Shown here: in pieces, positions 20,783-30,862 of the stretch
Numbering within the stretch: the stretch's first letter is position 1
How the letters are laid out: each line of letters begins with the position of its first letter
NCBI GenBank assembly: GCA_044222185.1
Contig: JBGANV010000001.1
Span: 608,001 to 672,000 of the forward strand
Length of the DNA: 64,000 nucleotides
Source: Planctomycetota bacterium
GTDB taxonomy: Bacteria > Planctomycetota > GCA-002687715 > CAIWVZ01
Direction of reading: 5' to 3'
The notes under the pieces: model-generated
Database searches by the model: none
What the model was told of the DNA's origin: nothing
The model's input: only the letters and a program-made list of their open reading frames with translations
Translations under genes and position numbers: made by a program

Positions 20783-22681
20783 ATGTGCGGCGTCGCAGGC
20801 ATCTACTCGCCGGAAGGTGTGGGGCCCGAGCACGTCGTTCGCACGACGGCGATGATCCGCACGCTGCGGCACCGTGGGCCCGACGGTTTCTCCGTCGTCA
20901 CGCTCGACACCGCCGTCATCGCGCATGCACGCCTGGCGATCATCGACCTGACGACGGGCGACCAACCCGTCGGCAACGAGGATGGCAGCGTGCAGGTCAT
21001 CCTGAACGGCGAGATCTACAACTACGTGGAGCTGCGCGCCGAGCTGCTCGCCCGCGGTCACACGTTCCGCACGCACTCGGACACGGAGGTCGTCGCTCAC
21101 CTCTACGAAGAGGTCGGCGACCGATGCCTCGACCGCCTCCGCGGCATGTTCGTGATCGTGATCCACGACGCGAAACGACGCCGGTTCATCCTCGCCCGCG
21201 ACCGCCTCGGCAAGAAGCCGCTGTACTGGGCCCGCACGCCGCTGGGCGTCTGTTACGCCAGCGAGCCGCGGGCGTTGCTCGCACTCGAAGACGTCGATCG
21301 CTCGGTCGACCTCGAAGCGCTCAACCACTTCCTGACCTGGCAGTACGTTCCGGCGCCGTGGTCGATCTACCGCGGGATCCGGAAGGTGCCGGCGGCGACG
21401 GCGGTGGTCTTCGACGAGACCGGCGAGCACGTACGCGAGTTCTGGGACGCGTGCCCGGGCGATCTGGACCCGCTCTCGTCCGACGAGGCCGCCGCGCGCC
21501 TGCGGGACACGCTGGCGACGGCTTGCCGCATCCGGTTGCGGAGCGACGTCCCGCTTGGGACGTTCCTCTCCGGTGGGATCGACTCGGGGCTTGTCGCCGC
21601 GTATTCTGCTCGCGCGATGTCGGAGCCGCTCCGCGCGGTGACGATCGGGTTCGGAACACCGGCCGACGAGACCGGGCTCGCTCGCGCCTCCGCGCGCAAG
21701 ATCGGCCTCGCGCTCACGGAGCGCCGGCTGGACATCGACGTCGCTGCGGCGGCGACCGAGGTCCTCGACTTCATGGACGAGCCGCACGGCGACTCGTCGT
21801 GCCTGCCAACGTGGCTCGTGTGCAAGGTGGCCCGCGAGCAGGTGACCGTCGCCCTCTCCGGAGACGGGGGTGACGAGAGCTTCGGCGGATATGCCGCGCG
21901 GTACTCGGAACAACTCGCCCTCGAGGGAATGCGATCGTGGATGCCGACCGCGATCCGCTCCCCCGTGTTCGGAACGTTGGGCCGGCTCTGGCCCAGGGAC
22001 GCACGGTTGCCGCGGAGCTTGCGACTCGCGAAACCGCTTGCGAGCCTCGCCCGGGATTCATTCGAAGCCTGGGCCCACGACCGATCCATCCTCGCACCGC
22101 CGGAACTCGCCGCATGGTCTACCCCGGCGTTCAAGACCGCATCCAAGGACTTCTCGCCCCACGAGACGCTCCGCTCTCGTTGGGATCGCTGTGCGGGGGC
22201 TCCGGCGCTCGAGCGACTGCTCTACATGGACCGGCACAGCTACATGACGGAAGGCGTCGTCGCGAAGGTGGACCGGATGAGCATGGCCCACTCGTTGGAG
22301 GTCCGCTCGCCGCTCCTCGATCACGAGGTCGTGGAGCTGTCGCTTCGCGTGCGCCAGGAGGACAAGGTCGCCGGGGGAGTCGGGAAGCGGATCCTCCGTC
22401 GCCTCGCCGCGGAGGTTCTTCCGCCGGAGGTGACCTCGGCGCCCAAGAGCGGTTTCGCACCACCCATCGTCGCGTGGCTGCGCGGGCCGCTGAAGGCGCT
22501 GGTCCAGGAACGCCTGCTCGCACCCGATGCGGCGACGTCCGCGGTCCTCGATCCGTCGGTGACGCGCCGCATCGTGGATGAACATCACTCCGGGCGCCGG
22601 GACCATTCCCAGAAGCTGTGGAGTCTGCTCGCGCTCGAGAGCTGGGCGCGACGGTTCGCAGGCGGAAGGCTCCTTCCATGA
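20783..22681 (+). CDS. asnB: Asparagine synthase-like glutamine amidotransferase (probable glycan amidation)
   Basis: MCGVAG, HRGPD, NGEIYN, LSGGIDS, SGDGGDE, KVDRMSMAHSLEVRSP. Confidence 0.92.
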   Translation: MCGVAGIYSPEGVGPEHVVRTTAMIRTLRHRGPDGFSVVTLDTAVIAHARLAIIDLTTGDQPVGNEDGSVQVILNGEIYNYVELRAELLARGHTFRTHSDTEVVAHLYEEVGDRCLDRLRGMFVIVIHDAKRRRFILARDRLGKKPLYWARTPLGVCYASEPRALLALEDVDRSVDLEALNHFLTWQYVPAPWSIYRGIRKVPAATAVVFDETGEHVREFWDACPGDLDPLSSDEAAARLRDTLATACRIRLRSDVPLGTFLSGGIDSGLVAAYSARAMSEPLRAVTIGFGTPADETGLARASARKIGLALTERRLDIDVAAAATEVLDFMDEPHGDSSCLPTWLVCKVAREQVTVALSGDGGDESFGGYAARYSEQLALEGMRSWMPTAIRSPVFGTLGRLWPRDARLPRSLRLAKPLASLARDSFEAWAHDRSILAPPELAAWSTPAFKTASKDFSPHETLRSRWDRCAGAPALERLLYMDRHSYMTEGVVAKVDRMSMAHSLEVRSPLLDHEVVELSLRVRQEDKVAGGVGKRILRRLAAEVLPPEVTSAPKSGFAPPIVAWLRGPLKALVQERLLAPDAATSAVLDPSVTRRIVDEHHSGRRDHSQKLWSLLALESWARRFAGGRLLP

Positions 22682-24654
22682 GCGGGGACATCGAGCCGGG
22701 CCTTCGGCGGCGTATCCATCGGTTTCTCTGGATCGTGCTGGTTGCCGCCGCGGCGGTCCGGATCGTCGCCGTGTTCGGCCAGGGTCTCCCCGAGTGCTTC
22801 TTCCCGGACGAAGTGAACGCCGTGCAGAGGTCGCTGGCCTTCGGGGTCCGCAAGTCGCTGAACCCCGAATGGTTCAACAAGCCGGCGCTCGCCTATTACC
22901 TCTGGTTCGTTCTGTACGGAGGCTTCTACGTCGTCGGTCGAGCCGTCGGGCAATTCGGATCTCCCGATGAGTTCGGCGTCTGGGCGATCGACCACGTGGG
23001 TCCGTTCGTACTCATCGGACGCCTGATGGCGACGGCGTTCGGGATCCTCACGGTCTGGTTGACATACCGGCTGGGCGCGCGGGTTCGCGACCGCGCGACG
23101 GGTCTCGTGGCTGCGCTGGCGCTGGCGTTGACGATCGGCCACATCGAATCGGGGCAGTGGGTGAAGGAGGATGTCCCGTGCGCGTTCTTCAACACCGCGG
23201 CGACGATCGCACTCGTCGGACTCGTGGATGCCGGGCGGACGAAGGACGCACGCCGCGCCGGTCTCCTGGCCGGGCTGGGGATGGCGACCAAGTACTACTC
23301 CATCGCGCTCGCCGTCCCTGCCATCGTCGCGAGCTACCTGCGTAGTCCCGCCGGCGCGACTGGCGGCGGGTGGAAGCGGGGAACCCGACTTGCCTCGGTC
23401 TTCGGCCTGCTCTTCGTCGTCGGGTTCTTCGTCGGGTCGCCCTACAACATCCTGGATCCGTCCTTCTTCAATGGCCAGGTGAAGCCGCGTCTGCAGGACG
23501 TCATGCACATGTTCTTCGGGGCCATCGGGCTCCCGCAGGTGAAACGCACCACGTTCGTTGGGGAGCACGGCGGAAGGTTCATCGACGTGTGCCTCGCGTC
23601 TGCGGACTCGCTCTGGAGCAGCGGGGGAGTGGGGCCCGTGTTCTGCGTGCTGGCGGTCGTGGGCCTGGCGCGGGCCTTGCTCAGACGCCGGCGGACCGAC
23701 ACGTTCCTCGCATTCGCCGGCGCGTGGCAGTTCGTGCTGATCTCGGTCTTCAACCGCCAGTACTCGGAACCGCGTCACCTCGTGGTGCTGTACCCGTTGC
23801 TCGCGATCTGGGTTGCCGAGGCGATCACGCTTCCATTCTGCGCCGCCGCGCGGTTCCGCGGGGTCGGGCGCACGGCCGTTGCGCCGGCGCTCGCGCTCCT
23901 GCTCGCGTCGTGCCTCGTTCCCACCTGCGAGCCGTCCGTCATCGGAGCGATCGTCACGCGGACGCGCGACGCCCTTTCGGGGGACACTCGCCTCCTCGCT
24001 ACGCGTTGGGTCGAGGAGAACGTCCCGGAGGGTTCGACGATCATCGTCGATCAGGAGGTGCTCGCGTTGCGGATCTCCGAGGGGCGGGCCGACTGGGCAC
24101 TCGACCAGATTCGCGGGATGTCCGACCAGGCGGCGCAGGCGCAGCGCCTGAAACTCCGAAAACGCTCAGCGCAGGTCGACCACACACGGCCGACTTTCGA
24201 CACGCTCTGCATGCAAGTTCCCTGGTGGACGGAGTACGAGGACCGGATCGACGAGGGCCGAAAGGGCCGCGACATGACGTGGCCCTACAAGTTCGTCAGC
24301 GAGCCGCCGGACGTTCCTCCCGTCGAGCGTTACGCGCGCCGACCGAGCGGGGTCGAGTCCGCGTCGCCCCAGGAACTGCGCACCCGATGGCCCGCCTCGG
24401 TGCATCTCGTCGAGGGAAGACCGGCCCTCTGGGTCGCCGCCGTCGAGACGACCTACGCCAACTACAAGCGGGACACGAAGCGCATCGACTTCAAGAGCCG
24501 CGCCGAGTTCTACGACGATCTCCTGGCTCACTACGACTACCGGGAATGGACGGCAGGACGCGGTGTCGCCGGCCCGACGGTTCGTCTGTTCGACCTCACG
24601 CAGCGTGTTTCCGGCCGGCCACCACGGGGCGTCGAGATGCTCCCGCCGCGTTGA
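22678..24654 (+). CDS. GT-C fold (ArnT/PMT-like) membrane glycosyltransferase
   Basis: First-loop FFPDE, KPALAYY, many TMs, GLGMATKY, large soluble C-terminal domain. Confidence 0.75.
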   Translation: MSGDIEPGLRRRIHRFLWIVLVAAAAVRIVAVFGQGLPECFFPDEVNAVQRSLAFGVRKSLNPEWFNKPALAYYLWFVLYGGFYVVGRAVGQFGSPDEFGVWAIDHVGPFVLIGRLMATAFGILTVWLTYRLGARVRDRATGLVAALALALTIGHIESGQWVKEDVPCAFFNTAATIALVGLVDAGRTKDARRAGLLAGLGMATKYYSIALAVPAIVASYLRSPAGATGGGWKRGTRLASVFGLLFVVGFFVGSPYNILDPSFFNGQVKPRLQDVMHMFFGAIGLPQVKRTTFVGEHGGRFIDVCLASADSLWSSGGVGPVFCVLAVVGLARALLRRRRTDTFLAFAGAWQFVLISVFNRQYSEPRHLVVLYPLLAIWVAEAITLPFCAAARFRGVGRTAVAPALALLLASCLVPTCEPSVIGAIVTRTRDALSGDTRLLATRWVEENVPEGSTIIVDQEVLALRISEGRADWALDQIRGMSDQAAQAQRLKLRKRSAQVDHTRPTFDTLCMQVPWWTEYEDRIDEGRKGRDMTWPYKFVSEPPDVPPVERYARRPSGVESASPQELRTRWPASVHLVEGRPALWVAAVETTYANYKRDTKRIDFKSRAEFYDDLLAHYDYREWTAGRGVAGPTVRLFDLTQRVSGRPPRGVEMLPPR

Positions 24655-24843
24655 GTTGCGGCCGGGCCGCAGCAGAACCGATGCGATTCCTAAGATTCTG
24701 AAGCGAGGCGGTTGTCATTCCGTCTCCGACCGCGACGCTCGAGTGGGTGTATCCTCGAAGCGATGTCGGGCTCGCACCATTCCGGTGCAAGCCCATGGAA
24801 CGTAAGCCCTTTGTTCACCGAAGCTCAAGAAGCCGATTCACGA

Positions 24844-24871
24844 TTGACGACGGGAAAGTGGTGGCTATACT
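24844..24871 (+). promoter_or_regulatory. Putative sigma70 promoter of the sugar transferase gene
   Basis: TTGACG(24844-49)-N16-TATACT(24866-71); same architecture as the accB candidate. Confidence 0.6.
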
Positions 24872-25048
24872 CGCACCCGTTTTGAGCGGAGCCCCATCCG
24901 CTGATGGCCGGTGCTGAGCGAGGCACCGGTCGCGAGACCCGCGAGTGCCTGTGGGTGCTCCACAGTCCGTGCAGAAGTCAGTCGTCGTACTACACTTGAT
25001 GTCGGAGAGCGTTCCGCCTCGGGTGCGCGTCGCGTTCATCGAAACAAC

Positions 25049-25663
25049 ATGACCCTCGCGTCGTTAGTCCTCCGCAAGCGCTTCATCCTCGTCAAAGAGG
25101 CGGTCGATCGCATTGCGGCGTTGATGGGCCTGCTGATCTTCAGCCCGGTGCTGCTCATCCTTGGACTCTTGATCAAACTGACGAGCCGCGGACCTGTCCT
25201 CTTCACACAGCAGCGGGTCGGAAAAGACGGGAAATCGTTCAACATCATCAAGCTTCGCACGATGGTGTTCGATGCGGAACAGCACACGGGTCCGATCTGG
25301 GCCACGGCCAATGATCCTCGGATCACGCGCCTTGGCCGCTTCCTTCGGATGACCCATTTGGACGAAGTCCCCCAACTCATCAACGTCATCCGAGGCGAGA
25401 TGAGCATCGTGGGGCCGCGTCCCGAACGCCCGATGTTCGTCGATCGGTTCCGCGATCAAATTCCCAATTACTGCGAGCGCCTGCGCGTCAAGCCAGGAAT
25501 CACCGGACTCGCCCAGGTCTGTCACAAGTACGACGAGACCGTCAAGGACGTGAAGTACAAGCTCGCCTACGACCTCCTGTACATCCAGAAGATGTGCCTG
25601 ATGGTCGACATTGCGATCCTCTTCATGACGTTCCGCCGGCTCACCGGCACCGGCGCGCGCTGA
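25049..25663 (+). CDS. Priming phosphoglycosyl transferase (short WcaJ/PglC-type sugar transferase)
   Basis: KLRTM, DPRITRLGRFLR, LDEVPQL, GEMSIVGPRPERP, KPGITGLAQV. Confidence 0.92.
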   Translation: MTLASLVLRKRFILVKEAVDRIAALMGLLIFSPVLLILGLLIKLTSRGPVLFTQQRVGKDGKSFNIIKLRTMVFDAEQHTGPIWATANDPRITRLGRFLRMTHLDEVPQLINVIRGEMSIVGPRPERPMFVDRFRDQIPNYCERLRVKPGITGLAQVCHKYDETVKDVKYKLAYDLLYIQKMCLMVDIAILFMTFRRLTGTGAR

Positions 25664-25757
25664 TCGTCGAATCGTGCAGCCCCCGCGGCAGTGGCCGCGC
25701 CACCCATCCGACTCACCTTGAGCCCCCGCATGGTTCGATGAGACTGTCTGTCGGGCC

Positions 25758-26669
25758 ATGATCGATCGCAAAGCCACACGCCCCGCCAACGCCCTCACGG
25801 TCGACGTCGAGGACTACTACCAGGTCACCGTCTTCAGCCGCATCCGACGTGACGAGTGGCCGGGATTCGAGTCCCGAGTCCAGGCGAACACGGAACGCCT
25901 GCTCACCCTCTTCTCCGAGAAAGGCGTCAGGGCGACGTTCTTCTGCCTGGGCTCCGTTGCCGAACGCGCGCCGGACCTGGCGCGGCGGATCGCCGCCGAG
26001 GGCCACGAGCTCGCCAGTCACGGTTTCAGTCACGCGTGCCTGCACGACCTCTCCGACGCGGACGTCCGCGACGAACTGGACCGCAGTCGAAAACTCCTGG
26101 AGGACCTGTCCGGTGCGCCCGTGATCGGATTCCGTGCGCCGTCGTTCTCCATCACGCGCCGCAACCTGCGGGCGCTCGACGCGCTCTTGGACGCTGGCTA
26201 CCTGTACGACTCGAGCGTGTTCCCCATCGGCCGTCCCGATTACGGGATCGGTGACGCACCGCGCGATGCCTACCTCGCGCGCGCTCCGTCGGGCCGCGCC
26301 ATCGCCGAACTGCCACCGACGGTCTCCGACTTCCTCGGCAGCCCGGTTCCGGTCTCAGGCGGCGGGTACTTCCGCCTCTTCCCGCTGGCGGTCACGCGCT
26401 GGGGACTCGAGAAGGCCAACCGCGAGGGGCGCTCTGCGGTCTTCTACCTTCACCCGTGGGAAGTCGATCCGCATCAGCCGGACCTTCGCGCCCGGACCTC
26501 TCGACTCGGGGCATTCCGTCATTACGTCGGTTTGAAGAAGACGGAGTCGAAGCTCCGCAAGCTGATCGACCGCGTGCCGTTCGGTCGAGCACGCGACGTG
26601 CTCGAAGCGCGCGGGCTTCTGGGCGGCGTGGACTCGTCGCGCGCCGTCGATCTTTCGGCGACGCGCTGA
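25758..26669 (+). CDS. Polysaccharide deacetylase, XrtA-system/DUF3473 type
   Basis: NALTVDVEDYYQ, ATFF, HELASHG, GFRAPSFS, SGGGYFR, YLHPWE.DP.QP. Confidence 0.9.
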   Translation: MIDRKATRPANALTVDVEDYYQVTVFSRIRRDEWPGFESRVQANTERLLTLFSEKGVRATFFCLGSVAERAPDLARRIAAEGHELASHGFSHACLHDLSDADVRDELDRSRKLLEDLSGAPVIGFRAPSFSITRRNLRALDALLDAGYLYDSSVFPIGRPDYGIGDAPRDAYLARAPSGRAIAELPPTVSDFLGSPVPVSGGGYFRLFPLAVTRWGLEKANREGRSAVFYLHPWEVDPHQPDLRARTSRLGAFRHYVGLKKTESKLRKLIDRVPFGRARDVLEARGLLGGVDSSRAVDLSATR

Positions 26670-26675
26670 TCGCGG

Positions 26676-29600
26676 TCAGCGGGGACGGACGCTCCGCAGT
26701 TTCGGAACCGGGAGCGTACCGCTCGGCGAGAGCACGGCGACTCGGGCGTCGACCTCGGCCAGCCAGTCGGGGTGGCGCCGGATTCGTCGTAGGGACGCGC
26801 CCCATTCGGCGATCTCGGCGGCGTTGAACCCGGCTCGCTTCATTCCATGGTCGAGGAGGGTCCTGGCGTCGTTCTGAAGGCCCGACAGCACGGCGGCTTC
26901 GAACAGGTCACGATCGAGCGGTGGGTCGAGCGCGCGCGGGTTCTTCAGCAGATCCTTGACCACGGCTGCGGCCTCGGCCATCGCGGCGACGGAGGCCGTG
27001 CCGCGGGAGGCTTTCGCCCACGCGGATGCAACGGCCATGTCGGGCGCCGACGCGGCCGCCGGAGATAGCTTGCCGAACGCCTGGGCGATCGCTTCCGGTT
27101 CATGGCGTGCGAGGCCGAGACGCACCAGGAGTTGGAAGTCGTGGGCCTCGAGTGCGGGTTTCATGCGCACGATCTGCTCGGCTTCGACCAGGTGTCCACG
27201 CGCGGCGAGCGCAGCGGCGAGGTCGGACAGCGCGCTCGGCGGCGGCGCGCCATCGAGGGTCGTGATGAACTTCGCCGCATTCGACAGGCCGTTCGCATCC
27301 AGAGTCGCCACGGCTGCCGTGTACACGACGAGGGGATCGCGTCCGCTCCCCTCGAGCAGGCCTCGAACCGCGTCGGCGGCCTGGGCCGGGCGGCCGAGTT
27401 CGAGCAGCGTCCAGGCTCGCAGCACGTCGAACGCCTTGGCGCTGTCCGCCGCGCGTTCCCGCATGCGTCCGATCATGGCCAGACCCTGGGACGGCGCGAG
27501 ACCCGTGACGACGGACAGGCGCACGAGCGCCAGGTCGTGGGCCATGAGCCCCGCGTCCTCGGGTTTCCGTTCGGCGAGCGAGACAATCCCGTCCAGGTGA
27601 TCCCTCACGGTGATCGGCAGCTCGAGCGCCGCGACGGCCTGGTGCGCGTCCGTGAAGTTGCGGGCGATCAGCGCCGCGCAGACGGCCGCGAAGGTTCCCT
27701 TCTGGGCATCCGCGCGCATGGCGACCGCGCCGACCAGTCCCTGGACTTCCGGGGTCGACGGCGTCCACGACGTTCCCTTCAGGATCTTGGCGGCCGAGCC
27801 CGGGTCGCCGCCGAGCGCGAGCAACGCGGCTGCGGCGACGCCGTTCTTCCCGTCGGCCCACGCCTGCATCGGCGCGATGATGAGAATCTCGACCCCATCC
27901 TTCGCGCTGCCACCGTCGATGGCGGATTCGGCGGCGATGAGCCGTCCGCGCGCGTTCATCGGGGAGAGCGAGAGGAGGGGCTTGAGGATGTTCCCGGTTC
28001 CGGCGATGTCGTGGGTCGCGGCCTTCAGCGACAGCGCCAGTTCGAGCGCCGTCGCCTTCTCGTCACCAGTGAGTTTCTCGGCAGCCGTCTCCAGCAGTGC
28101 CGCGGCTTCGACGGTCTTTCCGAGTCCGATGCGCGCCTTGGCGCGGAGGAAGGCGATCTGCCCTTCACTGATTCCCTTCACGCGCTCCAGGTCGTCCAGG
28201 TCCTCGAGTGCCTTCACCCACTGTTCGGTCGCGAGGTGCGCGGCGGCCGCAGCCTCGAGCGTCCATTGGTCGTGTTCGCCGGCCTTGCGGACGGCGTCCG
28301 CGGCCTCCGCAGCCGCGGGCATGTAACCCCACCGGCGCCCGATCATCGTCATCTGGCGGCGAACGGCCGCGTCCCGTCCGGCAGCCTTCATGGCGACGAG
28401 GTGATCGAGCGCGCCGACGATGTCCCCGCTCCAAAGGCGGTTGAGGAAGACGGCGACGTGCATCTCGACACGCTCCGCCTCGTCCTTCGTCGATGCCGCT
28501 GCGGCCTCGAATGCCGCGGCTGCCTCCCGGAATGCCTTGACGCGGTTCAGCGCCTCGGCGGCGCTCCGCCGGAGCTTTGGATTCGACTTGGGGTCCTTGG
28601 CGACGGAGATCAGTCGTTCGACGCCCTCGGCCGGGTTGGGGGACGTCGACAGCGCCTCCCCGACGGCGAACCGGACGTCCAGATCCTCGGGGAGCTGAGC
28701 CTCGACCCTTCGGAGGCAATCGAGGGCGCCGGCGGCGTCGCCGGAACCGAGTCGTGCGCGGCCCAGCGAGCGCAGCACGCGTGGATCCTCCGGGAACTCC
28801 TTCGCGAGGTCCTCGGCGATTCGCCGCGCCTCGGTCCACTCCCGTAGCTCGACCGTGAGTTCGAGGAGTAGGAGCCTCGCGCCCGGAATCGTCCGGTCGA
28901 TCTCGAGGGCCTTCGTGACGGCGGCCTTGGCCTCGAACAAGCGGTTCTGCTTGCGCAGGGCGAGGGCCTCGGTCCACGGAAGGTTCGGGTCGGTCGGGTT
29001 GAGGATTCGCGCCTGCCGGAGGTACTTGGCCGCGTCATCCCAGCGCCCGAGGTCGGTGGCGATCTTTGCGGCGAGCGCCCACGCTTCACCAATGCCAGGG
29101 AATTGCCGGCTCACCTCGAGGCAACGCGGTAGCGCGACGCTCGACGCACCGCTCTCGTGCTCGAGCTTCGCGAGCGCGAGTTTCAGGTACGGGTTCAGCG
29201 AATCGACCTTCAACATCCGCTTGGCGTCCGCGATCGTCTTCACGCCTGCGGCGCTGTCGTTGTAGAACGCCTTCGCCTCGGCCAGGAGTTTCTGGTGTTC
29301 GGGTGATGCGGGGCTCTGGAAGGAACGACGCAGCGTGTCCTCGATGAAGTCCCGAGCGATCTTGGGATCGCCGTATCGTGAGAGGAGGCGACCGTACTCG
29401 ATCGCCAGGTCGACGTCCTTGGGCAGTCCGGCGAGCGCGAGGCGGAACTGGTCCGACGCGCTCGCGTCGTTCTTCAGCGCCACGTAGCAGAGGCCCAAGG
29501 CCTTGCTGATGTCGGCGTTCGTGCGAGCGCTGACGTGTGCGCGTTCGAGGTACGCCAGTGCCTGTTCGGGTTGTTTCTCCCGCATGAGGATCTGGCCGCG

Positions 29601-30707
29601 GATGTAGTTGCCCCACGCGCTGCGGACGTTGTCGACGAGTACCGCATCGGCGATCTTCGAGGCGGCCGCGACGTCGCCTTTGGCCAGGTACAGGCGGGCG
29701 AGGCGCTCCATCAACGGCTCGTTGCCGGCGATCCATCCCGAGGTGAACTCGGGCTCGAGGATTGCCAGCGCTTCCTTGAACTTCTCCTGACGTTCGAGGA
29801 AGCCCGTGAGCAGGTCCAGTGCGCGTCCGCGGAAGTCGTTGAAGGCGACCCTCGCTGGCTTGTCTGCCAGGGTGGCATCATCCAGATCGATCACCTTCTT
29901 CATGGACCGGATCGCCTCGTCGACGTCGATACGCTCGATGGCGAGCATGCCGAGCTCGAAGTTGGCGCGGAAGGCGGTCGGTGACTTGGCGCTGGCCTCC
30001 TTGAAGTCGGCCTCCATCTTGGCCGTCGATTCCTGGAGGATGACCGCGTGCTCGCGGAAGCCCGCAGGCGTCTCCAGGTAGCGGTCCTTCATGAGTTGTT
30101 CGATCTTCTTCTTCACCTCCGCTTCGACGAACGCGGCGGGACGAACGCGTGAGCGCCAGAAGAAGTCGACGATCGGCTTCACGTCGGTGCCGTCGATCGC
30201 TTGCTTGCCCCACTCGCGGAACTTCTCCTGGTGAGCGAGTGCCTGCTTGCTCCACAGCTGGCCGCGTGTTTCGAAGAGCTCTCCGCGATCCGGGTGGGCC
30301 GCGATCAACTCGTCGATCGTCTTGAATGCAAGCGCGAAGTTGCCCTGGTCGGCATACACCTGCGCGAGGTTCTGGAGCGCTCGTTCGCGCCACACCGGAT
30401 CACGCGTCAGCTTCTCGAGGTGCTGGATCGCCTCGGCCTTCTGGTTCGAACGGGCGAGGCAGATCGCCAGGCTGTATTCCAGCGAGGCGTTGCCGGGGTC
30501 CTTGTTGAGCGCCCACTGGAACTCCTCGGCGGCCGACTTGTAGTCACGTTTCTCGAACGCGACGCGTGCCGTGGCCTCGTGATCGTTGCCGCATCCGGAC
30601 AGAACGGTGGCGACCGCCACGGATAGGATCGCGAGGATCCCGAAAGGGGCGGCGACTCTGCGCCCGCGGGTCAAAGCCTGCGGGTCCGGATCGGACGAAC
30701 GCTGCAT
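26676..30707 (-). CDS. Large TPR-repeat lipoprotein (1343 aa; PrsT-like)
   Basis: Start MQRSS with RBS AAGGAG, hydrophobic stretch and lipobox VLSG-C, many TPR-like helical repeats. Confidence 0.8.
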   Translation of the reverse strand: MQRSSDPDPQALTRGRRVAAPFGILAILSVAVATVLSGCGNDHEATARVAFEKRDYKSAAEEFQWALNKDPGNASLEYSLAICLARSNQKAEAIQHLEKLTRDPVWRERALQNLAQVYADQGNFALAFKTIDELIAAHPDRGELFETRGQLWSKQALAHQEKFREWGKQAIDGTDVKPIVDFFWRSRVRPAAFVEAEVKKKIEQLMKDRYLETPAGFREHAVILQESTAKMEADFKEASAKSPTAFRANFELGMLAIERIDVDEAIRSMKKVIDLDDATLADKPARVAFNDFRGRALDLLTGFLERQEKFKEALAILEPEFTSGWIAGNEPLMERLARLYLAKGDVAAASKIADAVLVDNVRSAWGNYIRGQILMREKQPEQALAYLERAHVSARTNADISKALGLCYVALKNDASASDQFRLALAGLPKDVDLAIEYGRLLSRYGDPKIARDFIEDTLRRSFQSPASPEHQKLLAEAKAFYNDSAAGVKTIADAKRMLKVDSLNPYLKLALAKLEHESGASSVALPRCLEVSRQFPGIGEAWALAAKIATDLGRWDDAAKYLRQARILNPTDPNLPWTEALALRKQNRLFEAKAAVTKALEIDRTIPGARLLLLELTVELREWTEARRIAEDLAKEFPEDPRVLRSLGRARLGSGDAAGALDCLRRVEAQLPEDLDVRFAVGEALSTSPNPAEGVERLISVAKDPKSNPKLRRSAAEALNRVKAFREAAAAFEAAAASTKDEAERVEMHVAVFLNRLWSGDIVGALDHLVAMKAAGRDAAVRRQMTMIGRRWGYMPAAAEAADAVRKAGEHDQWTLEAAAAAHLATEQWVKALEDLDDLERVKGISEGQIAFLRAKARIGLGKTVEAAALLETAAEKLTGDEKATALELALSLKAATHDIAGTGNILKPLLSLSPMNARGRLIAAESAIDGGSAKDGVEILIIAPMQAWADGKNGVAAAALLALGGDPGSAAKILKGTSWTPSTPEVQGLVGAVAMRADAQKGTFAAVCAALIARNFTDAHQAVAALELPITVRDHLDGIVSLAERKPEDAGLMAHDLALVRLSVVTGLAPSQGLAMIGRMRERAADSAKAFDVLRAWTLLELGRPAQAADAVRGLLEGSGRDPLVVYTAAVATLDANGLSNAAKFITTLDGAPPPSALSDLAAALAARGHLVEAEQIVRMKPALEAHDFQLLVRLGLARHEPEAIAQAFGKLSPAAASAPDMAVASAWAKASRGTASVAAMAEAAAVVKDLLKNPRALDPPLDRDLFEAAVLSGLQNDARTLLDHGMKRAGFNAAEIAEWGASLRRIRRHPDWLAEVDARVAVLSPSGTLPVPKLRSVRPR

Positions 30708-30862
30708 CGGGGCTCCTTCGGTCAGTCGGATCGCCCAAGAAGGGGGCCCGGACCTCTTCGTGAGAGTGATCGACCGCTCGCGCGACTGGGGTGAAGCGGC
30801 ATCAGTTGGCGGTTTTACCTCCGATCCTTGGTGCGGCGAAGGGATTGGGCCCGACCGGGCCG

